64,000 nt of DNA from Blastocystis sp. Blastoise (Eukaryota > Protista > Bigyra: Opalinata). Shown here one piece after another: positions 45,629-56,329 of this stretch (position 1 is its first letter; every line of letters begins with the position of its first letter). Both the position numbers and the translations under genes were made by a program. The stretch spans positions 930,001 through 994,000 of the forward strand of contig JBBPEB010000005.1 in the NCBI GenBank assembly GCA_039096225.1, given 5' to 3'. The notes under the pieces were generated by a model. That model made no database searches. It was given only the letters and a program-made list of their open reading frames with translations, and was not told the DNA's origin.

Positions 45629-46386
45629 ATTCTTCCGTTCTTCGAACTGCAGAAGGGGGTATGCAAACCCCGCATAGAGTCTGCGCGACGCGCGCAGCCA
45701 TAAGCGGGGAAGTCATCCCCCCTTTTTGTTCTCGACGGAAGAATTAATAACATTTCTGAAGTAAAATAACCATGGGAGTGTAGGGTAGTGTGTGTGTGTA
45801 TTTATTTTTTCCCATGTTTATTTATTTTTAATTTATTTGTGTTCCGATTCCAACGTGAAACGTAAAGTGATCAAGGAGAAACTCATAGTAATCATAAAAG
45901 AAATAAAATACACAGTCCAACCCTCCCCTTTACAGGGAATATTCATGGAAAATGACTCCATCGTTGGTAAAGTGAGTAAAATAATCACGGGAATACAGAA
46001 AGAAATACGAAAAGAAGCACAGAATGTGCTAAATAAACACACACCCCGACCCTCCCTTTATATAGAGAAAAGATGAAATGGATGGTTCTATCTAAAAAGA
46101 AATAATAAAAATAATCACGGGAATATATAAAAATAAAAATGTATGTATAGTGATCAATAAATAATATAAAAAGTCATGATAATCATAAAAAAATTATATA
46201 AAAAGAGTAAAGTGATCAAGGTATGTATTTATAGTGGGTGAAAGAAAAGCTGGTGGTGGTGTGGTCTTGTAAAAAGATGTACCCACCACCACGATTATAA
46301 CGAGAGACTTTTGGAAACAAGGGTGACCGATATGGAAAAATATAAATTTTCTAGAATATTCTAGAACATTCTCGAAACTTCTAGAA
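45629..46386 (+). repeat. TIR of PLV copy 2 (758 bp, internal ~137-bp deletion)
   Basis: Matches 4492-5387 but lacks the segment 5203-5340. Confidence 0.93.
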
Positions 46387-46484
46387 CATTCGAGAACATG
46401 AGAATCTTAGATATTTTATTTTGATTTTCTTATGTATTATTCTTTTGAAAATAGAAGTTTTAGAGATTCTACTTGAGAAAATCA

Positions 46485-47420
46485 ATGAAAAATACAAATT
46501 ATGACAAGTATCTTTTGGTTATACAGAATTCAAATTATTCTGATATTTGGAAAAAACGTTTAACCAATTATTTCAATTTATATATTTTCCCATTACCATT
46601 TAAAAAGTTCTCAGAATTCTTAAAGAATCCTTATTCATTCATGGATTATATGGTAAATGAACGTAAAATCAAAATTAGTCCAATGAAATCGTTATGTGAA
46701 TTGATTTTATTTATTATACGTAATGTTTCTTCATTAAATAAAGAAGGTATTTTAAATAAATGGTGTGAATTTTATGTGATTATCAATTCTATGTATGAAA
46801 AATATCTGGATAATAAGAAACGTACTTTAATTCAAGATCTTATTAAAGATGGTATTACGACTCCATATTTACATGAATATCACGATAAATTAGAAAATTA
46901 TAATCCATTACGATTAATATTAGATTTTTACTCCTATCTTCCTCCTGCTCGTGCTGATTATGCTCAATTATTCATTCTATCACCAGAAGATACTATTGAT
47001 CCAGCTATTCATAAGAATTATATTGTTTATGATAAAGAGAAACATACTGGTTCTATTCTATTAAATGATTATAAAACTGCTGGTAAATACTCTACAATTC
47101 AATTAGATGCACCAAAAGAATTGATTGAAGATCTAGAATTACTCTTAAAAAGAAATCCAAATCGTAAATTTATATTTGAATCTTCTGTAAGAACTGGATT
47201 TACTACTAAAGCATTTGATTGGTTTGTGAATAAGCATTTAAAACAAATCCATCCAAAATTGACCATTAATGCATTAAGAAAATTATATGCTACAACTACA
47301 ACCAATACATTCCAAGATATAGAAAATTCTGCTTCTGCTTTATGTCATAATGATTATACGCATATTAATTCTTATGTATCTTTAGAAAATAATAATTTAT
47401 TTAAAAAATTAATTGAATAA
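46485..47420 (+). CDS. Tyrosine recombinase, short form (copy 2)
   Basis: Protein identical to copy 1; HSE array at 46349-46396 upstream. Confidence 0.88.
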   Translation: MKNTNYDKYLLVIQNSNYSDIWKKRLTNYFNLYIFPLPFKKFSEFLKNPYSFMDYMVNERKIKISPMKSLCELILFIIRNVSSLNKEGILNKWCEFYVIINSMYEKYLDNKKRTLIQDLIKDGITTPYLHEYHDKLENYNPLRLILDFYSYLPPARADYAQLFILSPEDTIDPAIHKNYIVYDKEKHTGSILLNDYKTAGKYSTIQLDAPKELIEDLELLLKRNPNRKFIFESSVRTGFTTKAFDWFVNKHLKQIHPKLTINALRKLYATTTTNTFQDIENSASALCHNDYTHINSYVSLENNNLFKKLIE

Positions 47421-47493
47421 TTTTATGTTTTCATGTTTGTTTTGCTTTAATTTTGAATATAACTAAACAACTAGTAATAAAAGGATATAAAAA

Positions 47494-47868
47494 TTAATTA
47501 AAAGGTAAGAAAGATAGATTATTATTATTATTTTGATATTGATTTTGTTGTTGATTACTTTTCATAGTTGGCATAAACATATTATTGGGTTGAATAAGAT
47601 TCTTATCATCTTGATATTGATTCTCATTCTTCATATATTGTTTATCCAATAGCATTTCAAGACGTTGATGAATCACAGGATCATCTATATAAAGTAACAT
47701 GTTTCTACAGTAACTCAATTGCAAATCACTAAGATTCTTGTTGTTATTATTATTTAAAAATTGTTCTAATAGATTTGCTATTTCATTCTTTTTGGATTTA
47801 ATTCCTTCTTCTTTTAGATTCTTCATCACACGACAAAAATAAGAATAACTAAGATATTTCTTGTTCAT
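47494..47868 (-). CDS. Hypothetical Q/N-rich protein (copy 2)
   Basis: Identical protein to 33663-34037. Confidence 0.75.
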   Translation of the reverse strand: MNKKYLSYSYFCRVMKNLKEEGIKSKKNEIANLLEQFLNNNNNKNLSDLQLSYCRNMLLYIDDPVIHQRLEMLLDKQYMKNENQYQDDKNLIQPNNMFMPTMKSNQQQNQYQNNNNNLSFLPFN

Positions 47869-47970
47869 TATTAAAATTAACCAATGATTAAACAAAACAA
47901 ATTAATTATATAAAATACTAATATAATAAATTAAAGATTCTACAAATAGAGCCAGTTCAAAATGAATGTT

Positions 47971-48126
47971 CTAGAATGTTCTAGAACGTTTCTTGGACAT
48001 ATAAAAGAAAAGTAATATATATATAATAATCAGAACAATTTCAATAACTGACAGTATTTCATTTACATTCTCTAAAGTTGCTGCACTACGATCTAAGTAG
48101 TAATTGCCAAATCGTTTCTTTGTCAT
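47971..48126 (-). CDS. Small putative membrane protein (copy 2)
   Basis: Homologue of 33405-33560. Confidence 0.55.
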   Translation of the reverse strand: MTKKRFGNYYLDRSAATLENVNEILSVIEIVLIIIYILLFFYMSKKRSRTF

Positions 48127-48212
48127 TATAGTATTAAATAATAAACAAAACAAATTAATTATACAAAATATTAATATAATAAATTAAAGATTCTAGAATG
48201 TTCTAGAAGGTT

Positions 48213-48746
48213 TTAACAAGGCATAAGATTTCCATTAGAAATTAAATAAAGTAAAGAATAATAAAAGCAACCATTTGCATTACTTGTAGTTTTTTGGTGT
48301 TGAATAGGATTATATTGAATATTATGATTTTGAATAAATGATTTTGAAAAAGTAGGTTTATTTCCTAATGATGAATAGTGTTCTATGTTTTTATTACCAT
48401 TATAAATAACAGCTTCAAAATGACCATTATAAGGATCACTAGGACTTTCATGAAAGATCATATTAAATTTAGTTTGATCTTGATCTATATTTTGTTCAAA
48501 ATCATCATAACTATTATAATAATTATAAGATTGAGAATTCGTTTTATTTAATTGTTTCATAACATTTTCAGCACGATCACAAGCAACAGAAGAGGTAGGT
48601 TTATTTAAATAAGCATAATTATATAATTGAGATATTAAAGAATTTGGTATATTACAATATTGAGATAGAGTTTGTTTGAAATTATCAGGGGATCTAGGAG
48701 TAACATGACGAGTTTTATCAGATATAATAGGATTATCACAATTCAT
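48213..48746 (-). CDS. Adenain-like protease (copy 2)
   Basis: Homologue of 32785-33318; slippery site at 48800-48806. Confidence 0.8.
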   Translation of the reverse strand: MNCDNPIISDKTRHVTPRSPDNFKQTLSQYCNIPNSLISQLYNYAYLNKPTSSVACDRAENVMKQLNKTNSQSYNYYNSYDDFEQNIDQDQTKFNMIFHESPSDPYNGHFEAVIYNGNKNIEHYSSLGNKPTFSKSFIQNHNIQYNPIQHQKTTSNANGCFYYSLLYLISNGNLMPC

Positions 48747-48778
48747 TGAATTTTGAATTAATTTCTCATCTTTACTCT

Positions 48779-50425
48779 TTACCAGATCCCCTCCCCTGAG
48801 TTTTTTGATAACATATATTTCTTTTTTTTCCAAAACAATTCGTCACCTGCATTTAATGTTTCATTATTATCTCTTTTCTGTTTTATAATTTGTAATTGTT
48901 TTAAATCAGCCTCTTGGATTTTACGTTTTTTTCGTGCCACTCCTGCAGGTATTATAAAATCTGTATAAAATGATACTAATGGATTCAAATCACCACCTCT
49001 TTTCTTTTTAGCTTCTTTTCCTCTTCTCATTCGTTCTAAGAATTCTGCTTTACTTAATTTAACTCGACCACCATAACCTCTACGTTTAGCTCTTCTTGCA
49101 GCTATTCGTTTATCCCTTTCATCTTCTTTCCATTTTCTATCGACTTTCTCTTTATCATTTTGAGGGAAACCATAAATCTTATAAGGATAACTTTGTTTAT
49201 CACGAGGCATAGGTTTATAAGGTTGAGGAGGTTGCGAATGTTGAGGAGGTCGAGGTTGAGTAGGTCGATCAACTTGTTGTTGTGGAGGTGGTGGAGGTTG
49301 AACAACGGGTTGTGGATGTAGTCTATCATCTTCATCAAGAGCATCTTGCATTTCATCAGCTACATCATAATATCCTTCAAACATTTTATTTATAGTATTT
49401 CCAGAACCTATTTGCTTTTTCATTTCATTTAATGCTTGTTGACGTTTTAATTTTTCCATTTCAAATTCCATATCATTTAATTCACTTGATTGTTGTGCCA
49501 AATGTGTATCATAATAAGCTTTTCTACCTTTAGCAAAAGAATCCATACCTTTATCAACTACACCTAATAGAGCTGGTGCATAATCCATTAATCCGCTCCA
49601 GAATCCACCACCTCTTTTTACTCTTAATATACCATCACCACTTTGAGCTGAATCTAAATCTATATATTTTGGTATAATTGAAGGTCTTAACATTCTTCTT
49701 AATTTTGGATTCTTAATCATTTTCTTATTTTTAATTGCATTCATAATTGCTGAAGCAACAGATATAGGAATCTTTCCACCACGTTTTATTTTATGTTCAT
49801 AGAATCTTTTGAATTCATCATCAAGATCATGATGACCATCACCAACATATTGAGCTAAAATAGCTAATGCATCACGAGCTTTTCTATTAGCTTTTTTATC
49901 TACAATAGCATCTCTTATATCTAATACATTTCGTTGATACATATCTTTTACTTTATTTTTAATTGCATCACCAATACCAGAACCTTGATTATTCTCTAAT
50001 TTATTGATTTCTGATTTATTTGGAATAATTCCTCTACCAGATTTACGTCTTGGTTTACATGGATTTAATACTTTATATTGACGATCTTCACCATCTATTT
50101 TATCTTCTTCTGGACCAGCTGCTTTCATTACACCTTTACCTGCTGCTCTAGCACGAATTAAAGCACCATTTCCTTGTGGAACAGCATCTTTACCAAATGT
50201 TTTAGAACGATCTACATAATCATCTTCTTTACCATCATGTATTTCTTTACTTTCTAAAGTAGACACAGGCATAGATGAATTTGGACCTATTTCATGAAAT
50301 ATTGGATTATATTGATCCATTTTATGTAATGGTTGTGTATTATATCGCCTATATTCTTTTCCAGTTGAAATTAAATTCATACCAAAAGTACCAGGACTTG
50401 GCATTCCTAATATACAACTTTGCAT
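48779..50425 (-). CDS. Core polyprotein precursor (copy 2), 548 aa
   Basis: Homologue of 31124-32752 with a 6-aa longer Pro/Gln tract. Confidence 0.65.
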   Translation of the reverse strand: MQSCILGMPSPGTFGMNLISTGKEYRRYNTQPLHKMDQYNPIFHEIGPNSSMPVSTLESKEIHDGKEDDYVDRSKTFGKDAVPQGNGALIRARAAGKGVMKAAGPEEDKIDGEDRQYKVLNPCKPRRKSGRGIIPNKSEINKLENNQGSGIGDAIKNKVKDMYQRNVLDIRDAIVDKKANRKARDALAILAQYVGDGHHDLDDEFKRFYEHKIKRGGKIPISVASAIMNAIKNKKMIKNPKLRRMLRPSIIPKYIDLDSAQSGDGILRVKRGGGFWSGLMDYAPALLGVVDKGMDSFAKGRKAYYDTHLAQQSSELNDMEFEMEKLKRQQALNEMKKQIGSGNTINKMFEGYYDVADEMQDALDEDDRLHPQPVVQPPPPPQQQVDRPTQPRPPQHSQPPQPYKPMPRDKQSYPYKIYGFPQNDKEKVDRKWKEDERDKRIAARRAKRRGYGGRVKLSKAEFLERMRRGKEAKKKRGGDLNPLVSFYTDFIIPAGVARKKRKIQEADLKQLQIIKQKRDNNETLNAGDELFWKKKKYMLSKNSGEGIW

Positions 50426-50500
50426 TTTTTTATTTCAATTATAAAATTATTTATAAACAAAACAAATATATTAATAAAAAATAAATTTAACATTAAAAAT

Positions 50501-51094
50501 TTATAAATTAGTTAAATCAATAATAGTATCATTACTATTAGTATTCTTCGTAGATTTATCGATGACTTTAATAGAACGAGCATATAAACCAATATAATAC
50601 TTGTTATTATAACGATGAATACCATGTATTGTAAATAATACTTTACATAACGTATTTGGTGGAATATACTTTTCACGTATTTCTTCGTAAGTTAACTTAG
50701 GATCTTTACCGATATTAATCTTCTTATCTCTTTTATCAGTAATATCAATAGTAACATTCTTCGATGCATTAATAGGTACTTTAATTGTAATCTTATACTT
50801 ACCATTATCCATACGTACAAAATTAACAATATCACCATCAGGACATAATTCACATAATTTACGATAAAGTTCTTTATAAGCAGTTAAGAATACTTGATTA
50901 TCATCTTCAATTGTTAATAAAGTCCATTTATCACGTGTAACAATATAACCAAATAAACATGGTGTAGCATCAGTAGAAATACATACACGATGATTATTAT
51001 TTAAAAGAACAGCATTTTCTTTGGTGTCATCCCATTGTAAATTAAAGTTAGAAGTATCAAGAATAGTAGGTTTTTTAAATTCAGTTGTAGACAT
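50501..51094 (-). CDS. Probable SSB (copy 2)
   Basis: One amino-acid difference from copy 1. Confidence 0.55.
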   Translation of the reverse strand: MSTTEFKKPTILDTSNFNLQWDDTKENAVLLNNNHRVCISTDATPCLFGYIVTRDKWTLLTIEDDNQVFLTAYKELYRKLCELCPDGDIVNFVRMDNGKYKITIKVPINASKNVTIDITDKRDKKINIGKDPKLTYEEIREKYIPPNTLCKVLFTIHGIHRYNNKYYIGLYARSIKVIDKSTKNTNSNDTIIDLTNL

Positions 51095-51217
51095 TTTTAG
51101 TTAAGTATTTAGTAAAAATATAAGTATTTTAATACTAATATATTACGATATTCTTTTCAAATGAATCAATTTTCCAGAAGGTTCTAGAAGGTTCTAGAAG
51201 GTTCGAGAAGGTTCTAG

Positions 51218-51325
51218 AAAAAAAGAACACTTGAATAATCTAATGGAAACATTTTAACGGAATCGAACCATGATACTGTGGTTACATATTTCTTTAATAG
51301 ATCCATTAGACCATTCAAGAATTCT
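51218..51325 (-). ncRNA. VA-RNA-like Pol III RNA (copy 2)
   Basis: Reverse complement of 30224-30331. Confidence 0.78.
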
Positions 51326-51416
51326 ATTTGAAACTATTCTATTCTCCATTTAAACTTTGTGTAATTAATTTAAAAAAAAAATAAACAAAACAAAATAATT
51401 AATTAAATAAAAATAA

Positions 51417-51944
51417 TTAATGATCAAATATTTCAGACATAGAAGGAATAGAATATTCGGATAATAATGAAACAATTTCTTTAGAATCATCATGAATCTG
51501 TTTCAAATCTTGTTTCTGACTTTCAATCTTTGTTTTTAAATGATCAACAGTACAATAAATACCATTTAATATATTATCAGCTGTTTCAATAGTTTGAAAT
51601 AAAGATTCGAATTGACTGGATATATTTGTTAACTCCTCATTTGTAAATAATAATGCTTGCTTATCAGGATTTGTATTTACTTGATCTTGAAATTGTATTG
51701 GTTGATTGTTAACCGAATGATATCTATCTGGATTTTTAGATACGTAAACATCATTGATTGGATGAATTTCTTGAGGTGGATCTTCAAACATGATTTCGTC
51801 ACGCGAATTAAAACAGAAATCATTATCATTGGGTAAAGCCATAGGATTTGCAGAAACACTATTTTCAAATGGATTCAACAAGGGGGATATCATGGCTTGA
51901 CCGAAAGGGGATAAACTGGCAGAAAGACTATCAGGAATTTCCAT
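51417..51944 (-). CDS. Hypothetical 175-aa protein (copy 2)
   Basis: Identical to copy 1. Confidence 0.75.
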   Translation of the reverse strand: MEIPDSLSASLSPFGQAMISPLLNPFENSVSANPMALPNDNDFCFNSRDEIMFEDPPQEIHPINDVYVSKNPDRYHSVNNQPIQFQDQVNTNPDKQALLFTNEELTNISSQFESLFQTIETADNILNGIYCTVDHLKTKIESQKQDLKQIHDDSKEIVSLLSEYSIPSMSEIFDH

Positions 51945-52342
51945 GATTATTTAAACCTTCAAAAGTATTTTTATACAATATATTAAATATACTATTTTTA
52001 GTGTACAGTTCTTCATTTCAGTTGCTAACAAAAGCCTATTGCTTCCAGCTGGAAAATAAGCCAATAAAATAACTTATTTCGTATGACACATCGTCGTCAT
52101 CGTCTAATTGTGTTTTACTAATTTTTTTATCCAATCAGATTACAGATGCCAACTATACTCGTCATTGAAACACAAATAAAAAATGCTAAGTCGACAAAAT
52201 TAGCCAATCAAATGAACCTTCTAGAACATTCCATAGAGATTCTACACTGTCTCCTAGAATATTTAATATTCCATTTAAATGTATTATTTATTTCATTTTG
52301 ATAAATATAAATTTTCTCTCTGTAACGATATTCGCGATTATA

Positions 52343-52966
52343 ATGCAATTTAATCTTTCTGCTGATTCCCGTAAATGTCTTCAAACTGTTCGTATGGAAC
52401 TTCTTAAGAATTCTAAGAAGGCTGTTGAAGTTCATAAGAATGTTCTTCGTGATATTGATTTACATCAGTCTCAATTGAATAGAGAAAAGAATCTATTGGG
52501 TATTGCAAAATCTAAAGAACGTCTTGCTTCTTTCGAAGTCGAAAACTATAGATCAGCTTTAAAACGTATAAACGCGGTTATTAAAGGTCTTGAAGATTAT
52601 GAAGAATTCGCTGCTGATATTTATACTCAACAACTTAATGAAGAACAAGATATTCAAGATATTATCAATACTGAAGATCTTTTAGAAAGTGATAGAACTA
52701 CTATTTTATGTTCTGAAGATTCTAAAGAACATTCGAATTCTAAAGATGATGATTTTGATATTATGAAATTCCATATGGAAGATGGATTTCTTTATGATGA
52801 AAAAGGTAAAGTTTATACTTATGAAGTTGTTCATGCTAAGAGTATTAACAAGATTAAAAGAGATCCTTCAAAACAAATGTATTTCTGGGATGGTATTTTA
52901 TATGATAAAAATGGATGGCCTCATTCATGTACATATATTAATAGTCAAGAACCAATTGAAATTTAA
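52343..52966 (+). CDS. Hypothetical coiled-coil protein (copy 2)
   Basis: Identical to copy 1. Confidence 0.75.
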   Translation: MQFNLSADSRKCLQTVRMELLKNSKKAVEVHKNVLRDIDLHQSQLNREKNLLGIAKSKERLASFEVENYRSALKRINAVIKGLEDYEEFAADIYTQQLNEEQDIQDIINTEDLLESDRTTILCSEDSKEHSNSKDDDFDIMKFHMEDGFLYDEKGKVYTYEVVHAKSINKIKRDPSKQMYFWDGILYDKNGWPHSCTYINSQEPIEI

Positions 52967-53282
52967 TTATTTTTCTTGTTTATTTTTCTATTTTTACTTA
53001 TAAACTTGTAAAAAATCATTGAAAATTGTTTTGTTTATTGTATATACATTTAAAACACTAAAGTATAAAAAGGATGTTCTAGAAGGTTCTAGAAGGTTCT
53101 AGAAGGTTCTAGAACATTTAAAAATATAAAGTAATATTTACTATTATAGAATGTTCTAGAATGTTCTAGAATGTTCTTGAATGTTCTAGAAGCTTCCAAA
53201 ACTGACTTCTAGAATCTTTAATATATTATTTGTTTTGAATTTTATACCATATTTATTTTCATTATTTATAAGTCAAATAATC

Positions 53283-56200
53283 ATGGAAAATTCACAAATT
53301 CATTTTGTTTATACTTTTGGTTCCTTTAATCATGATAATTCAAAAGATAATCATAGTGAAATTATTATACCAAATCCATTCCCATTTTATAAAAGTCTAT
53401 TTACTAATTACCAAAATCCAAAAGAATTATTACATTATATTGATTGTACTCCTTGTAATACATCAACTAATTATAGAAGATTATGGTTTGATTTAGATTA
53501 TCACCAAATATCAAATGATTTTTCTTTTCTAACAGATTCTTTTATTCATGAATTTATAGAAGAAATGTGTAATCATTGTATTCATTATTATAATCAAGAA
53601 TTTATTTCGCTTGTGTATACAAAGAAAGAAGTGAATAAGAAGACAGTTCATAATGAAATACATTATTCATGGGGAATTCATATATATACAAATTGGTTTG
53701 TAAATGGTGATTATTTATTTTTCTTATATAATAGTATGATTCTGAATACCAAATTGGTTGATTTATGTAAAATGAATAATTTAGATATAAAAGAATTCAT
53801 TGATTATAATGTTATTGGTAAACCCAGAAAGAATAATGGTTGTATGTTTCTTGGTTGTAGTAAAGATAATTCTCCATCTACTTATAAATTATATGAAGAA
53901 TATACCAATAAAACATGGAAGAAAATAGATGATGAAATCGATGAACATTATTATTTCAAAACATTATTGAATTATAAGAATGAAGATGATATTATAAGTG
54001 ATATTATTAATCCTATTATTTTTTATAAATTAAAACAATATTCACGTTATAAACGTTATTATGCAAGATTAAATAATTGTTCACGTACTATATTATGTTC
54101 TATACAAGATATTAAAGATATTCCTATGTTGATTTCTACAGATACTATATTGGATACTACAGCATCTAAAGAAGCTTTATTAGAACGATATTTATTATTG
54201 ATTGGTTCTATTGAAGATATGAATTATTTTGAATCTCATAATACTTGGTATAAATTATGTTGTGCAGCAAAACAGATTTGTAATACAACAAGAGGATTAG
54301 AATTATTTAAAAATTATTCATTACGTTATGGTCATGATCGAAGTGATGATGTAATTGAATCTACATGGAATCATATACAAGTTGATCCTACTCATTTATC
54401 GAATAATTATATTTTAAAGATATTAATGGATAATAAATTATTTAATAAAGATGATGATAATGATTTCATATTTATGTCTATTTTAGAATGTATTCAATCC
54501 TTTAATCTTGTAGATTCACAAACATTAGTTATGTTATTTCAATTATTAGAATTTAATGAAATTGTTTCCATTATATTAGATAAAGATAATTTTATCTTAT
54601 ATACATTTGATGAATATAATATCTTAAGACGTTGTAAGAATAATTATGATATTAATTTCTTTGAAACCAAAATAACTACATTTATGAAATCGATTGTAGA
54701 GAAATTCAAACTATCAAGATTATATTCCAAAGAGAATGAACAACATCAAAAAATAGTTGATAAAATAATGTCTGCTTCTGTTACTAATGAATATCATTAT
54801 AAAGAATGGTTGAATCGTTATTTGAAGACTTATGGTAAATCTTATAAAGAATATTTAGATACGTATATGGTTCATAAAGAACGTGTTATCTATACACAAC
54901 TTGGTTATTTATATCCAAAAGAATCTACAGAAGAAGATCCTAGACAATATTATATCCAACCATATCATAAAGAAGATATGGTGTTTGAAGATTTATTAAT
55001 TGATACTGAATTTAATGTAAGTTGGAATATAAATAATGAACAGAAAGATATTATCCAATTATTTGAACAACATATTGCAAGATATTGTGAATTCGATAAG
55101 AAATATGAAAGTATTATGTTACGTATCCTAACCACTGCTTTCTATGTCAATACTCAGAAAACAGTTTCTTATATATTATATGGTAGTACAGGTAGTAATG
55201 GTAAAACAATAACAACTGATTTAATTTCTCGTATTGTAGGTAGTAATCAATGTATTATAGTAAATCCAGATAATTTAGAAGAAACATCTATAGCTCCTAA
55301 GATTGTAGATATGTCTAATAAAACAATGTATTATATGAATGAATTAATAGAAGAAGATGTTACTGGTAGAAAGAAAACATTTAATCCATTCTCTTCTAAA
55401 GTCTTTAAAGAAATAGCAGAAAAGAAAGAAGGTGCTAGTGCTCGTAAATTATTCAGTAATATATTTACAAAAGTTCATTTCACGGGTACTTTATTTATGA
55501 CAAGTAATATCCAACCTACTGCTGTGAATGCTGGTCCTATTGAAAGAAGAGTTTGTTTCTTACCATCATGTTGTCGTTATTTCCCTCCTGGTAATGCTAA
55601 TTTATATGAAGATTATGTAGATCATAATTTACCTAAACGTAAACAGACAGTAGAAAAGAGATTGAAACCTAATCATTATGAAATGGATTATACTCTATCC
55701 GATAAATTCTATCAGAATCGTTCAATTATCTTTAGTTATCTAGTAAGTAATTATTTCTATTCTAGTATGCAATTAGATATGCATGAATTAGATAATGAAT
55801 ATCATATAAGTGAATGTAAGAAACGATTCTTTGATCGTAGTACAGAAGGATATGATTTGAAATCTTTTGTTGATAACCATATTACTATAGATCCTTATTA
55901 TTTGAATGTAGTTACTATTGAAGATATTTTTAATAGTTATAAGAAAGTGAATAATAATAATCAATTTACGATTAAGAAAGATTTAGATAAATTTACAAAT
56001 GCTTTATTTGGTTGTTTAAGTAGTAAAGATACATTTAATTCTATAGATATTGTGAATATTCATAGAAAACATACTTCAAATTTCTATAAGGGAGGGAATG
56101 CTATTGGTATTTGTGGTTTAATGATTGATAATACTTATAATGAATGTGTGGATACAGATTTATTCTGTTTATCCAATTGTTTATCTAAGAAAGAAGAAAT

Positions 56201-56285
56201 TGTTTATAGTGAAGATCAATATCATAATACGTCATCAACAAAACGAATTTTAATAGATAATACTTTATATGCTATACCAAATTAA
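53283..56285 (+). CDS. AEP primase-SF3 helicase (copy 2)
   Basis: Two amino-acid differences seen relative to copy 1; HSE arrays at 53077-53214 upstream. Confidence 0.9.
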   Translation: MENSQIHFVYTFGSFNHDNSKDNHSEIIIPNPFPFYKSLFTNYQNPKELLHYIDCTPCNTSTNYRRLWFDLDYHQISNDFSFLTDSFIHEFIEEMCNHCIHYYNQEFISLVYTKKEVNKKTVHNEIHYSWGIHIYTNWFVNGDYLFFLYNSMILNTKLVDLCKMNNLDIKEFIDYNVIGKPRKNNGCMFLGCSKDNSPSTYKLYEEYTNKTWKKIDDEIDEHYYFKTLLNYKNEDDIISDIINPIIFYKLKQYSRYKRYYARLNNCSRTILCSIQDIKDIPMLISTDTILDTTASKEALLERYLLLIGSIEDMNYFESHNTWYKLCCAAKQICNTTRGLELFKNYSLRYGHDRSDDVIESTWNHIQVDPTHLSNNYILKILMDNKLFNKDDDNDFIFMSILECIQSFNLVDSQTLVMLFQLLEFNEIVSIILDKDNFILYTFDEYNILRRCKNNYDINFFETKITTFMKSIVEKFKLSRLYSKENEQHQKIVDKIMSASVTNEYHYKEWLNRYLKTYGKSYKEYLDTYMVHKERVIYTQLGYLYPKESTEEDPRQYYIQPYHKEDMVFEDLLIDTEFNVSWNINNEQKDIIQLFEQHIARYCEFDKKYESIMLRILTTAFYVNTQKTVSYILYGSTGSNGKTITTDLISRIVGSNQCIIVNPDNLEETSIAPKIVDMSNKTMYYMNELIEEDVTGRKKTFNPFSSKVFKEIAEKKEGASARKLFSNIFTKVHFTGTLFMTSNIQPTAVNAGPIERRVCFLPSCCRYFPPGNANLYEDYVDHNLPKRKQTVEKRLKPNHYEMDYTLSDKFYQNRSIIFSYLVSNYFYSSMQLDMHELDNEYHISECKKRFFDRSTEGYDLKSFVDNHITIDPYYLNVVTIEDIFNSYKKVNNNNQFTIKKDLDKFTNALFGCLSSKDTFNSIDIVNIHRKHTSNFYKGGNAIGICGLMIDNTYNECVDTDLFCLSNCLSKKEEIVYSEDQYHNTSSTKRILIDNTLYAIPN

Positions 56286-56329
56286 ATATATATTTATTTT
56301 TTATTATAAAAAGTTGTTTTGTTTTAAAA

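Noticed and set aside
48747-48833. N-terminally extended 206-aa protease in copy 2
   Set aside because: The track start is a TTG (CTG in copy 1); the open frame is better explained by the frameshift overlap.
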